From NCBI GenBank assembly GCA_963803705.1, contig CAWDNU010000004.1, positions 192,001 through 256,000 of the forward strand: 64,000 nucleotides of DNA. The letters are read 5' to 3'. Within the stretch, counting starts at the first letter, position 1; each line of letters opens with the position of its first letter. A program made the position numbers and the translations under genes. Source of the stretch: an uncultured Pseudobdellovibrionaceae bacterium. Its GTDB lineage: Bacteria > Bdellovibrionota > Bdellovibrionia > Bdellovibrionales > UBA1609. Shown piece after piece: positions 52,162 to 62,980 of this stretch. Below the pieces are notes generated by a model. It was not told the origin of the DNA and did no database searches. It saw only the letters and a program-made list of their open reading frames with translations.

Positions 52162-52799
52162 CTAAATCAGATCAAGCTTTATCCGGTCTTCAAAGTGAAT
52201 TGAAAGCTGAGCTATCACCTGACCCCAGTTCCATTTAGGGGTTTTCCACCTTTGTGAAGTTTTTTTTAACAGCCAAATAAAGGATTTTAAATAGAGCATC
52301 GTCTGTTGGAAATAAGGCTCTGTTTTTTGTAACCTTTCGCATTTGCCTGTGAACATTTTCAACAATATTCGTTGTGTAAATGATCTTTCGAATATGATGA
52401 GAGTATTTAAAATAGCTTGAAAGTGTTGACCAGTTAGATGTCCAAGAGTTGATAACCACAGGATGCTTTTCACCCCATTTGGTTTTCAAATCCTCAAGAC
52501 TTTTTATGGCTATTTTTTCAGTTGCAGCTTGGTAAACAAGCTTTAAATCTTTTAAAAATTCTTTTTGATGTTTTGAGCCAACATACCTAAGCGAATTTCT
52601 AATCTGGTGGACAATGCAGGTCTGCACTTCAGTTTTAGGATAGATGCTCTTTATAGCATCAGGAAAACCTTTAAGCCCGTCCGCACAAGCTATTAGAATG
52701 TCACTGACCCCTCGATTTTGAAGGTCTGTTAAAACCGAGAGCCAAAATGTAGAGGATTCATTATCGCCAATGTAGATGCCCAAAACGTCTTTCATGCCA
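52162..52799 (-). pseudogene. IS256 transposase C-terminal fragment with a frameshift in an A-run near 52262
   Basis: Near-identical peptide stretches to 30765..32012 (STFWLSVLTDLQNRGVSDILIAC; WKTPKWNWGQVIAQLSIHFEDRIKLDLI). Confidence 0.92.
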
Positions 52800-52880
52800 G
52801 CAGAGAATTAAAAACCAACAGCTTACCAAATTATTAAAATCAAAAAATTACAAGTCGAAATCTAATAATCTGAGCTCCTA

Positions 52881-52922
52881 TAAATAAAGAGCTTCGACAA
52901 TTCTGTCGAAGCTCTTTATTTA
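52881..52922. terminator. Intrinsic terminator downstream of the fasciclin gene
   Basis: TAAATAAAGAGCTTCGACA-ATTC-TGTCGAAGCTCTTTATTTA. Confidence 0.85.
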
Positions 52923-52972
52923 ACTCACAAATTAAAAATTTTAATTTTTTCTATTTAGCCAATTGATATTGA

Positions 52973-53569
52973 TTACTTAGGCATGACCACTGAATCAACA
53001 ACATGGATAACTCCATTTTTTTGCATTACATCAGAAGTAGTAACTGTTGATTTGTTGCCTTTCTCATCGGTCAAAATCACTTTCTCTCCATCCATCATTG
53101 CCATTAATGTTCCACCAGAAACAGTTTTCAGCTTAGCTCTGCTCTTCCCCTTTTTAATAGCATCAACAAGATCAGCGGCTGTCATTTTTCCAGCGACAAC
53201 ATGATAGGTTAAGATCTTTGTTAATTTCTTTTTGTTAGAAGGCTTCAGTAAGCTTTTTACTTTGCCTTTAGGTAATTTTTCGAATGCTGAATTTGCCGGA
53301 GCAAACACTGTAAAAGGTCCTGGACCTTTCAAAGTTTCAACCAGACCAGCAGCTTTAACTGCAGCAACTAAAGTTGTGTGGTCCTTTGAATTCGCTGCGT
53401 TTTCAATAATATCTTTTGAAGGATACATTTCTGCCCCACCGACTGTAACTGTAACTTCAGCTGCAGGCTTCGCAGCTTGTGTAGACTTTTTGTTAGCCTT
53501 TGATCTAGCGTATATTGGGTTGAAGGCTAGAACAATGGCACTCGCGATAAGTAAGCTATTTACTTTCAT
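52973..53569 (-). CDS. Secreted fasciclin (FAS1) domain protein
   Basis: TLVAAVKAAGLVETL, PFTVFAP, ILTYHVV and NGVIHVVDSV motifs. Confidence 0.95.
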   Translation of the reverse strand: MKVNSLLIASAIVLAFNPIYARSKANKKSTQAAKPAAEVTVTVGGAEMYPSKDIIENAANSKDHTTLVAAVKAAGLVETLKGPGPFTVFAPANSAFEKLPKGKVKSLLKPSNKKKLTKILTYHVVAGKMTAADLVDAIKKGKSRAKLKTVSGGTLMAMMDGEKVILTDEKGNKSTVTTSDVMQKNGVIHVVDSVVMPK

Positions 53570-53768
53570 ATTAGTTTCCTTGTAGTTTAAATTTTTAGTT
53601 GTTTAATTTTTAATTAAATTAATTAAATAGCACCTAAGCTTAAAACCATTGATAAAAATTTCAAATAATATCTCTATATAAAACTAAAAGCCAGACCAGC
53701 ATTAAACCTACATGGCAATCATTAAAGATTTACTTCCCCTTAAACCCCAACTAAAGTGTCACAGGAAA

Positions 53769-55115
53769 TTATAAGATCAAATCATTGTCTCCATCAAGAT
53801 AATCCCCGTGATCTGTTGCAGAAACTGAAAGTCCAAAGCTTAAAACACCAACCCGACCCATTACCATTAAAGCTATAATTATTAACTTACCGAAAGATGA
53901 TAAGTCGCTGGTTAAACCCATGCTTAAGCCCACGGTTCCTAAAGCAGAAATGGCTTCGAACAAAATAATTTCAAATTGAGAGGACTCAGTATAATTCAAT
54001 CCAAATACACTTAACCCTAAGACAAATGTAAAGAACACAAAGGATGAGGCCGCGTACTGTAAGCGTTTCGGCGGAATTTTACGGTTGAGAAAAGAGATGT
54101 AGGGTCTTCTTTTTAAGGTGCTTCTCACTAGGCCCACTAACGCTGAAAAGGTTGTAGATTTTAAACCGCCCCCCGTCCCAGATGGAGAAGCACCAAAGAT
54201 CATCAGGAAATAGAGAATTAATATAGCCCCAGAACTCAACTCGCCTACTGGAACGGTATTAAACCCAACAGTCGACGTAGAAGTCATAGTTTGAAAAAAT
54301 GCAGCCAGCAGTCTTTCTCCTACAGGCATGTTTCTGAGCAAAGGCTCTAACAAAAAGATAAGCGTGGTTCCGAAAAATAAAAATAATGTTGTTATCAGAA
54401 GTATAATTTTAGAAGTGTAGAACAAACTGTCTTTTTTTCCCCTTATTTTGCTCCAAACATCAATCGCCACTATAAAGCCGACTGCTCCCAATATGCTAAG
54501 CACTGATAAAACCATGTTGATCGCATTATGATTCACATAAGATTCAAAACTATTGGAGTTTAAACTAAAACCTGCTGTGCAAAATGCAGAAATGCTATGA
54601 AAAAATCCATGCCACAGAAAATCTTTGACTCCTTCAAGCCAAAACAAAAGAGCAAGAACTAAAGCCCCTAATAATTCAACTACAAAAGTGAAAACTATCA
54701 CTCCTTTTAAAAAAGAATGCACGTCAACTGATTCCGGCAGTGGGAAAGCAGTTCTAGTCATATTTTCACGAGTAGATGAAAACCGGTGACCTGTTTGCAG
54801 AATAATAAAAGAACCAAAGGTCATATACCCAATGCCGCCTAACTGTATTAAGAGTAGTATAACTAACTCACCAAAAAAAGAGTAGCTACCACCTGGATCT
54901 ATTGTAACTAGGCCCGTTGTAGAAACCGCTGATGCTGCAGTAAACAGATTATCCAGTATCCCCACTGAAACGGTCTGACTGAAAGGCAGTAGTAATAGCA
55001 AAAAACCAAAAAGCATGTAGCTGACGTAGCCGAAAGATAACACCCTAATAGGATCTTTCTCGATTATTAGTTTTTCAAAGACTAAGAGTGAAGACTGGAT
55101 TTTTTTTAGCATCAA
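53769..55115 (-). CDS. KtrB/TrkH potassium transporter membrane subunit
   Basis: SAVSTTGL, LIQLGGIG, SAFCTAGF, GASPSGTGGGLK and SALGTVGLSMG motifs. Confidence 0.93.
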   Translation of the reverse strand: MMLKKIQSSLLVFEKLIIEKDPIRVLSFGYVSYMLFGFLLLLLPFSQTVSVGILDNLFTAASAVSTTGLVTIDPGGSYSFFGELVILLLIQLGGIGYMTFGSFIILQTGHRFSSTRENMTRTAFPLPESVDVHSFLKGVIVFTFVVELLGALVLALLFWLEGVKDFLWHGFFHSISAFCTAGFSLNSNSFESYVNHNAINMVLSVLSILGAVGFIVAIDVWSKIRGKKDSLFYTSKIILLITTLFLFFGTTLIFLLEPLLRNMPVGERLLAAFFQTMTSTSTVGFNTVPVGELSSGAILILYFLMIFGASPSGTGGGLKSTTFSALVGLVRSTLKRRPYISFLNRKIPPKRLQYAASSFVFFTFVLGLSVFGLNYTESSQFEIILFEAISALGTVGLSMGLTSDLSSFGKLIIIALMVMGRVGVLSFGLSVSATDHGDYLDGDNDLIL

Positions 55116-55209
55116 TTGGCTCCTGCTTTTCCAACACCTAACTATAAAGCTTTCTTTAAAATTACATATACTCGTTGCATCTTAAGGTTCAAATTTCTAT
55201 ACTTTCTGA

Positions 55210-57202
55210 ATGTTTGCTCAAATGGCGCATCAGCTACAACTTTTCTCGCTATTGCTATTTTTGCTAGCAACCATCAAATTTAAACCTGCAATTGAACTTC
55301 TTTCTTACGAGCAAAGCGTTTTAGCGCTCACTGGACTTATCAGTTTTAGCTTTTTGCTTAGCCTTGGTCACAAAAGCAAATTCAAGACATTTTTTTTACC
55401 GCTTACACTTGGAATCAGCATTTTACTAACAGTAAATAGCACCTACTTGCACCCTACCCTAGGGACTCTTGTTTTGTGCATTTTCACTTTTGGTTTCTTT
55501 CATTTTTTAAACAAAGACCACAGCTTTGTTCGTAATTTAAATATAAAATGGTCAAACCTTCTTGTTTCTGTTGGTTTGCTTTTGACCCCACTCTTTTTAA
55601 TAACCAAAGTTTCTGTTTTCAATGAAAACCTTTATGATTTCGCCCTGACCTTATCATCTATTTCAGTCTTGCAGTTATGCTCTGTTTTTTTAAAGTTCTA
55701 TTTAAGAAAAACTTCTATCATAATTTTGTCGACTCTTATATTGGTTGCATCTTTTTTATTTTTTGGACCATATGTTAGGTTTTTGTATATTTATAAAATA
55801 TTTTGCCTGATATTGAGCTTAACTTCATTTCTATATATAACTTTTAAATCGCGAAAAAAAATACTTACTAGTAACAATTACCAATTTCTTTTTTCCAAGC
55901 CACAACCAGTGGTTATTGGTTATTTTTTATTCACAGCAGCTATAGGAGCCTTTTTTCTGCAAACTCCGTTGGCTCAGGTGGATGCACTTAACAGATCATC
56001 TCTTGTTGACAGTTTCTTTACCGCACTAAGTGCTGTGTGCGTAACAGGTCTAATAGTTTTAGACACACCGGTTGATTTTACTTATTTTGGTCAGTTTATA
56101 ATTTTAATTCTTATACAGCTAGGTGGCCTAGGTATTACAACGTTAAGTGCTTGGGAGTCTACTAATGCTAAGCTCTGGTAGGTTGAGCGTAACACACGAA
56201 GACACTTTAAAAAGTATGTCAGGGCATTCAACTAAATTTGACATCAAGTCTTTTTTACAACGAATTGTTTTTTATTTTTTAACTATCCAATCCATAGGCG
56301 CGTTTTTACTATTTTTGGGTTTTTTAAATTATGAACCTTGGCCTCTGGCTCTATGGAAAGGAATCTTTACCAGCGTATCTGCATTTTGTAACGCTGGATT
56401 TTCTCTTCAAACAGACAGCTTAGTACCCTATCAAAATAATATATTTATATTGTTCACTGTAAGTTTACTTATTGTCGCCGGTGGGTTTGCACCGCTAATG
56501 GCATTAGATCTGCCAAACAAAATTAAGAATAAAAGGTTAAATCTGCAAGAAAAAATAGTAATCACTTCTACTCTAAGTCTTTTGTTTGTTGGCTTTTTGT
56601 ATTTTCTAACGGTGGAATGGAGTCAATCGCTTTCTCAACTTTCACATTCGGCCAAAGTTGCTAATGCTTGGTTTCAAAGTGTAACTTTGCGAACTGCAGG
56701 GTTTAATTCGGTTGATCTTACGGAAACCAGGGGCGTTACTCAATTTTTTATGATTTTTTTGATGTTTATTGGTGGTAACCCTGGAAGCACAGCCGGTGGC
56801 GTAAAAACTGTGACCATGGCAGTACTTTTTATAATGGCACTGAATGCATTGAAAGAAAATGATCAGGCACTAGTGTTTAATAGACGTATCCCTCAAAAAT
56901 TAATTTACAGGTCATCGCTGATCGTTTTTATAGGACTTGGAGTTCATTTCCTTGCATTTTTTTTGCTAAGCATGACACAGAATATTGATCCGATTAGCTT
57001 GCTGTTCGAAACTTTTTCTGCGCTTGGCACTGTCGGGCTCAGTACAGGGGCAACCACAGAGCTAGATGAAATAGGAAAGATCATCATCATTTTCTGCATG
57101 CTTGCCGGGCGGGTGGGCCCTTTAACTTTCATCTTATTACTTTTAAAACGTCGTTCCAAACAGAAATGGAAAACACCAGAGGAAAACATTTATATAACTT
57201 AA
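55210..57202 (+). CDS. Second KtrB/TrkH subunit with a long hydrophobic N-terminal extension; +1 frameshift near 56155
   Basis: SAVCVTGL and IQLGGLG in ORF1; SAFCNAGF, RTAGFN, GGNPGSTAGGVK and GTVGLSTG in ORF2. Confidence 0.88.
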
Positions 57203-57224
57203 CTATTTTAAAAGGAATTCTAAT

Positions 57225-57890
57225 ATGACAAAACAAGTGGTTGTTATCGGTCTGGGGCAGTTCGGCTTGGGCCTTATCAAGGCTTTAAGTGAAACCAACA
57301 CTGAAATTATAGCCGTTGATCGGGATGAGAAAAGAGTTGATCTAGCTTCAGCTTGGGTTTCAAAGGCACTATGCTTAGACGCAACAGACGAAGAGGCTCT
57401 TTCACAAATTAGACCCGACCTTAGAGACGTTTGTATTTGCGCCACTGGTGATGAATCTAAAGAAGTAGGAATTATCTGCACAGCTTTACTTAAACAGTTA
57501 GGCGCGAAGCGAATAATTTCTAGAGCTAACGATGATCTGCATGCAAGAATTTTAAAATTAGTCGGTGCGAACGAAGTGGTCAATCCAGAATGGGATTTTG
57601 GAGCACGTTACGCCCCTAGGGTGCTCAGTGAAAATGTGATTGGAGAAATGGTACTAGATGCCGATCTGGTTGTTACAGAAATCAACGCTCCAGAAAAGCT
57701 TTGTGGAAAGCCCTTATCTGCTTTAGATCTTCGAAGGATATACGGCATTACAGTCATAGCTCTGAAAAGTATAAAGACTGGTCAAGTAAAGCAAGCTGGA
57801 CCAGACGATATTATTAATGTCGGAGACATATTGATTTCAGCCTCAAGTAAGGATGCGATGAATAAACTTTTAGATAAAGAAGGTTCCTAA
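57225..57890 (+). CDS. KtrA/TrkA RCK regulatory subunit
   Basis: VIGLGQFG Rossmann motif, LDATDE, VVNPE, RCK_C domain. Confidence 0.93.
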   Translation: MTKQVVVIGLGQFGLGLIKALSETNTEIIAVDRDEKRVDLASAWVSKALCLDATDEEALSQIRPDLRDVCICATGDESKEVGIICTALLKQLGAKRIISRANDDLHARILKLVGANEVVNPEWDFGARYAPRVLSENVIGEMVLDADLVVTEINAPEKLCGKPLSALDLRRIYGITVIALKSIKTGQVKQAGPDDIINVGDILISASSKDAMNKLLDKEGS

Positions 57891-57892
57891 GA

Positions 57893-58576
57893 ATGAACTC
57901 TAAATCCTACTTTTTAAGTATTTCAGCCACTGTTATTATCTTAAATATTTTGATAGGTTTAAGTGCAATTTTTTTGGTCGAAAGAATTATACCAGCTATC
58001 AATCAAATTCTTGATGACAATGCTTATTCGGTCAACGCCGTTGTAGAGATGATGGATACTCTTTCGGTCTCGACAGAAGTAAACGATAACGAAGAAATAT
58101 TCTGGAACAGTTTTGATAATGCGAAAGGAAATATTACGATCCAAAACGAGGGCGTGCTTATTTCAGAAATTAGGATAGCAGCTAAAGTCTACTGGAAAGA
58201 TCCAACCCAATCTAAAGATAAGTTAGTTGGCTACTTGACTAAACTAGCTCAGATGAATCTTAAGGATATGAAGCAAAAAAAAAATAAAGCAGAAAGGCTA
58301 GGTGTTACAGGTTCGTGGGCCTTGGGTTTTTTAATTTTGATTTCATTAAGTATTCAGTTGATTTTTCGTTCAAAGTTTTTTGGCGGACTTATAGTCCCTC
58401 TGGAACAAATTTTTGCTGTTTTAAAGGACTATAACGAGGGTAATTCCTTAAGAAGATTTGTCGAACAGAGAACTTATTTGAACGACATAAGAAAAATTGG
58501 AATTATTATAAATACAATTCTGGATCAGAAACTGTTAAATCAAAACGACAAAAAAAAAGTCTCTGAAAAAAATTGA
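57893..58576 (+). CDS. Membrane sensor-like protein (TM, helical periplasmic domain, TM, HAMP-like) with no output domain
   Basis: Two TMs; ILDDNAYSVNAV and NITIQNE; IVPLEQI..GNSLRR HAMP-like tail; 2 bp after ktrA. Confidence 0.6.
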   Translation: MNSKSYFLSISATVIILNILIGLSAIFLVERIIPAINQILDDNAYSVNAVVEMMDTLSVSTEVNDNEEIFWNSFDNAKGNITIQNEGVLISEIRIAAKVYWKDPTQSKDKLVGYLTKLAQMNLKDMKQKKNKAERLGVTGSWALGFLILISLSIQLIFRSKFFGGLIVPLEQIFAVLKDYNEGNSLRRFVEQRTYLNDIRKIGIIINTILDQKLLNQNDKKKVSEKN

Positions 58577-58600
58577 AAGCTATTTTAAATTTTTTTGTAA

Positions 58601-60818
58601 CTACGAAAGCGAAATTCTTGTAACTCCGATGACTTCGGGTATTTTCTGAAGCTCTTGCATAACTAAAGCTAACTGGGAAGTGTCTTTAACACTTACGTCA
58701 AATAGGCAGATAGCTTTATTATCACGGGTCGTTCTAATTTGCGCATTGTGGATATTTACGCTTTTTGCGTTAAAGACCTCGCTTAATCTAATAAGTAGTC
58801 CTCTGGTGTCGGAACTAATAATTCGCACCCGAACCAGACGATCTACCTGGGACTTTTGTACATTCCACTGCACATCAACCCTGCGGTCTTCGTCCATCTC
58901 GAAAGTCCGCGGGCAGTCAGCTCTGTGAATCACTATACCTCGCCCCAACGTTACAAAACCAGTGATGCTATCGCCTGGTATTGGGTTACAGCATTTGGCG
59001 TAATGAACCAAAAATTCTGACATACCATCTACAACCACTAACGAAGAGGATTTTCTTTTTTTCTCGACAGCAGCTTTAAATGCTTTTTTGATATAGCCTT
59101 GTTCTTCTTCTTCTGTTTGGACCTGTTTACTTAAATCTGCGAACAACTCGATTAGCTGCTGAGGAATAATTTTTCCGTAGCCTGCTTGAACTTTTAGATC
59201 GTCTGTAGAATTACATCCCCGATCTTTCATAAATCTATCAAGTTCTGGATTCTTTAAATATTTAGAAAAACTTGATCCCACCTTTCTAAATGCTTTATCA
59301 ATTAAGATACTACCAACTTCAAAAGCCTTTTGGCGCTCCTCGGTTTTAATAAAGGCTCTGATCTTAGTTTTTGCCCTGGAAGTAGCGCACATTTTAAGCC
59401 AGTCCTTTGAAGGCTTTTGGTTATTGAGCGTTAAAATTTCAACGAAGTCCCCGTTTTTAAGCTTGTATCTTAGGGGCACACCCTTTCCATTGATCTTTGC
59501 GCCAGCACATTTTAGTCCTACCTCTGTGTGAACTGAAAAAGCAAAATCAATAGGAGTCGCCCCATCGGGAAAAGCCTTTACTTCGCCTTTTGGTGTGAAT
59601 ACGTAAATGTCACTTTCAAATAGATCAGACTTTACGTTTTCTAAAAACTCATCAGAATCACCTGTTTGCTGATGTAAAGACACTAATTCGCGAAGCCAAT
59701 TGAACTCTTCGGCTGAAACTTCACCAGTGTCTTTTTTGCCGATAGATTCAGTCTCCTTATACTTCCAATGAGCAGCAATTCCCTGTTCTGCAATGATGTC
59801 CATTTCGGATGTTCGGATTTGAATTTCGATACGTTTCGAGACCAGGACCTATCACTGTGGTGTGCAGACTTTGATAGTTGTTGGACTTTGGCATGGCGAT
59901 AAAGTCTTTAAATCTACCTGGCACAGGTCTCCAGACAGAATGTATATGTCCTAAAGCTTCATAGCATTCAGACACACTGTTCATGATGACTCTAAATGCA
60001 AGGACATCATTCACTTGCTCGTAATCAATATTATCATTCATCATTTTTTTGTGAATTGAATATAAATGCTTTGGGCGTCCTTTCACTTTAAATTTAGCGA
60101 ACAACCCTTAAGCTAGGACTTTAGAAATTTCTTTCTTTACGTCCTCTATATATTTTTCTCTTTCATTTTTCTTGCTCTGAATCCGCTGGCTTAGATCATA
60201 GTACGCCTCGGGGTTGCCATATCGAAAGCTCAAATCCTCAAGTTCGACTTTCAGCCAGTTGATACCCAAGCGGCTAGCAAGCGGAGCATAGATATCTTGA
60301 GTCTCTTTGGCTTTCTGCTCTTGTTTAGCAAAAGGCATATGATCTAAAGTTCTCATATTGTGGAGGCGATCCGCTAATTTGACCAGGACAACTCGAACAT
60401 CTTTCCCCATAGCGACGATCATTTTACGGATGTTTTCGCCTTGCTTTTCATGGGTATTTCGAAAGCTCATTTGAGTGATTTTGGTCACTCCATCCACTAA
60501 GTGAGCCACAGCTGGTCCGAATTTCTTTGCTATTTCATCAATGGTCGCCTTTGTGTCTTCCACCGTGTCATGCAGTAGGCCTGTGGCAATGGTGTCCATG
60601 TCCAGTCTTAGGTGAGCTAGAATAGCCGCAACACCAAGAGGGTGTGAAATGTAGGGTTCACCACTTTTTCTCTTTTGACCTTCGTGAGCCGCTTCTGAAA
60701 AGGCATAAATTTTCTTTAAGCGCTCACAATCAACTTTTGGATTATAATGACGAACAATTTCGCAAAGCTCATCGATGGTCTTTGGTGAGTAGGACTTGTC
60801 GTTTAATTTATCATGCAT
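58601..60818 (-). CDS. spoT: Bifunctional (p)ppGpp synthetase/hydrolase (RelA/SpoT), split by two frameshifts (about 60106 and 59835)
   Basis: HD domain (RKSGEPY, LHDTVED), synthetase ([16 protein letters not shown]), TGS and ACT domains across three ORFs. Confidence 0.93.
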
Positions 60819-61014
60819 ATTTTTTTATCACCTAGTGCCAAGCTTAAAATATATCATAACCTTAGGAAATTTGCTTAAAAAAAAACTTAAACTTGCTCAA
60901 AAGCAAACAAAAATTAATAAAAAAAGGAAAGCTTAAGCTTTCCTCGGTAACTAGTGACTTTAATTAATTGTCTCGGTCCCATTTAAGAAAGTAAGGTTAG
61001 GACCTTTGAAACTA

Positions 61015-61263
61015 TTACGAACCTCGTAAAAGGTCTTTCTGAATTTCTGAAGATGGAGTTGAATCTACCCACTGGTTCCTATCAAAGGAAACAGTTCCCG
61101 CGGAGACCTCTCGAAGTGAATTAACAACATACTTATTGTTGCTTTTAGGAATAGTTAACTGGGACCCTTTAATCAGTTGTTTAGCACGCTTTGCCACTAA
61201 TAATACCAAAGCAAATCTGTTTTCAACTTTTTCAAGACAATCTTCAACCGTAACTCGAGCCAT
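61015..61263 (-). CDS. rpoZ: RNA polymerase omega subunit
   Basis: [30 protein letters not shown]. Confidence 0.97.
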   Translation of the reverse strand: MARVTVEDCLEKVENRFALVLLVAKRAKQLIKGSQLTIPKSNNKYVVNSLREVSAGTVSFDRNQWVDSTPSSEIQKDLLRGS

Positions 61264-61388
61264 TATTGACCTCCAATAGTCTTAAACATATAGCCTCATT
61301 CCGGCATGCATTCAAGGGGATTAAGCCTTATTTGGGCTTTCGATGACAATGAATTGTCATTTGAAACCATCACTTACCACTCTAAGTA

Positions 61389-61404
61389 TGGCACACTTAC
61401 TGCT
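61389..61404 (+). promoter_or_regulatory. Putative sigma54 promoter
   Basis: TGGCACacttacTGCT: GG-N10-GC, followed by AAAAGGAG and an ATG. Confidence 0.6.
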
Positions 61405-61426
61405 TTTAATTTAAAAAGGAGTCTTC

Positions 61427-61513
61427 ATGCGCTTTTTCTTGTTTTTTGTCCTTCTGCTTTCCTACACAAGCTGGTCAGGCACCGGAGAACTTATTAGCCG
61501 TTGGTTTCTTTAA
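61427..61513 (+). CDS. 28-aa ORF that is mostly a signal peptide (gene remnant or micropeptide)
   Basis: MRFFLFFVLLLSYTSWSGTGELISRWFL*; strong SD. Confidence 0.45.
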   Translation: MRFFLFFVLLLSYTSWSGTGELISRWFL

Positions 61514-61522
61514 AACTTTAAT

Positions 61523-62086
61523 TTAGTTGTCTTTTAAGTAGGCTGATAAAACATCTTTAAAATTTGTGAAAGCCTTTGCGAAATCATCGTTCACTATCTG
61601 TACGTCAAACTCTGAGGCTCTTTTCATCTCTTCTTCAGCACTTTTCATGCGCACGTCAATATCTGGTGGCAGCTCGCCCTCTCGCTTTAAGATACGGTCT
61701 TTTAAAACATCAATGTCTGGCGGCTGGATAAATACGGTCAAACACTGAGGATACTTTTCCCTAAAAGTTTGCGCACCCTGAACATCCAAATCCATAATTA
61801 CAGCTCGATTCCTTGCCCAGTTCCACCGAAGCTCGTCCAAAGGGGTCCCGTAACTGTAAATGTGAACATTTGCCCATTCGATGAAGAAGTCTTCCTCTAC
61901 AAGTTTTTTAAATTTCTGCTCGGACACAAAATGATAAGGATCACCTTCAGATTCACCCGCTCTCATTTGTCTGGTCGTAAAAGTCGTGACGTCTCGAAGT
62001 TGGGAAAAATTTTTCAAAGCCTCGTCAATAAAGGTGTTTTTTCCGGCGCCACTAGGAGCGGCAACTATGATGAGTTTTTCTGTCAT
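61523..62086 (-). CDS. gmk: Guanylate kinase
   Basis: APSGAGK, TTRQMRAGE, YGT and DLDVQGA motifs. Confidence 0.96.
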   Translation of the reverse strand: MTEKLIIVAAPSGAGKNTFIDEALKNFSQLRDVTTFTTRQMRAGESEGDPYHFVSEQKFKKLVEEDFFIEWANVHIYSYGTPLDELRWNWARNRAVIMDLDVQGAQTFREKYPQCLTVFIQPPDIDVLKDRILKREGELPPDIDVRMKSAEEEMKRASEFDVQIVNDDFAKAFTNFKDVLSAYLKDN

Positions 62087-62101
62087 CTGTATAAATCCCT
62101 T

Positions 62102-62979
62102 TTATTCAATGTTTTGTACTTGCTGTCTTATTTTCTCAACAATTGATTTAGCTTGCATCACTTCTTGGGTTATTTTCACAGAACTCGACTTTGAGCCTAT
62201 GGTATTAACCTCTCGAAAAAGCTCTTGAGCATAAAAATCCAACTTTTTACCTTCGGGAATCAGCACTCACTAGTAATTTTTTACAAGCTTTTATGTGCTC
62301 TTTTAATCTGATGACCTCTTCTTTGATATCAGATTTGTCTACTAAAAGAAGTAGTTCTTGATTCAAGCGCTCAAGGTCAAACTCTTGTTTCCACTGCTTA
62401 ACCTTTGCATCCAACTTCTCTTTAAGTTCTACCACATGATCCTGAGCTAGCACTTCTAATTTAAGTCGAACTTTTTCAAGCGACATTAGCAAAGCTGAAA
62501 GCTCTTTCTGTAAGGCTTTGCCTTCACGCTGACGCTCTAGTTGAAAATCATTTATTAAATCATCTACAAGTTTCAAAAATTCAATTTTTTTTATCTGACC
62601 CAATGATATTAGATCGGCTTTCACTGAAGTCTTTGGGCGTACAAAAACATCACCATACCTTAAGATAAGATCAACTTCGTTTTCTAAATTTACTTTAAGT
62701 CCCGTAGACATTTTTTTTAACTTTTCGTGGAATTCTTTGGCCTTATTCAAGTCTAATACATTTTGTGATGAGCTTTCACTAGACTGGACTTGCACAAAAA
62801 TATCAACACTTCCCCGCGATACTGTTTTATTTACTTTTTGACGAACTTCCTTTTCTAAGAACATCAGATCTTGGGGACCGTGTAGTCTAAAGTCAAAAAA
62901 TCTGTGATTTACACTTTTAATCTTCAAACTGATTTGATCGATACTTTTTAAAGTCGGAACACCCGGTCATGCTATTCAT
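62102..62979 (-). CDS. yicC: YicC/YloC-family endoribonuclease, disrupted near both ends
   Basis: MNSMTG at 62979; KSVNHRFFD; SDIKEEVIRL; KKLDFYAQELFREVNTIGSK...KIRQQVQNIE* in another frame. Confidence 0.88.
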
Positions 62980-62980
62980 T

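Larger units (their letters stand above)
51438..52799 (-). mobile_element. 5'-truncated IS256-family element (relative of copy 1) with a different passenger gene
   Basis: Right IR AAGAGTGTAAGAAATTTTGTGTATAGGCGGATATCGCC at 51438; right-end and post-transposase segments alignable to copy 1; left end missing. Confidence 0.9.

Noticed and set aside
30690..52799. Composite transposon formed by the two IS256 copies around gspE-ssb
   Set aside because: Copy 1 has its own flanking TSD; copy 2 is diverged and lacks its outer (left) end; the enclosed genes are core chromosomal genes.
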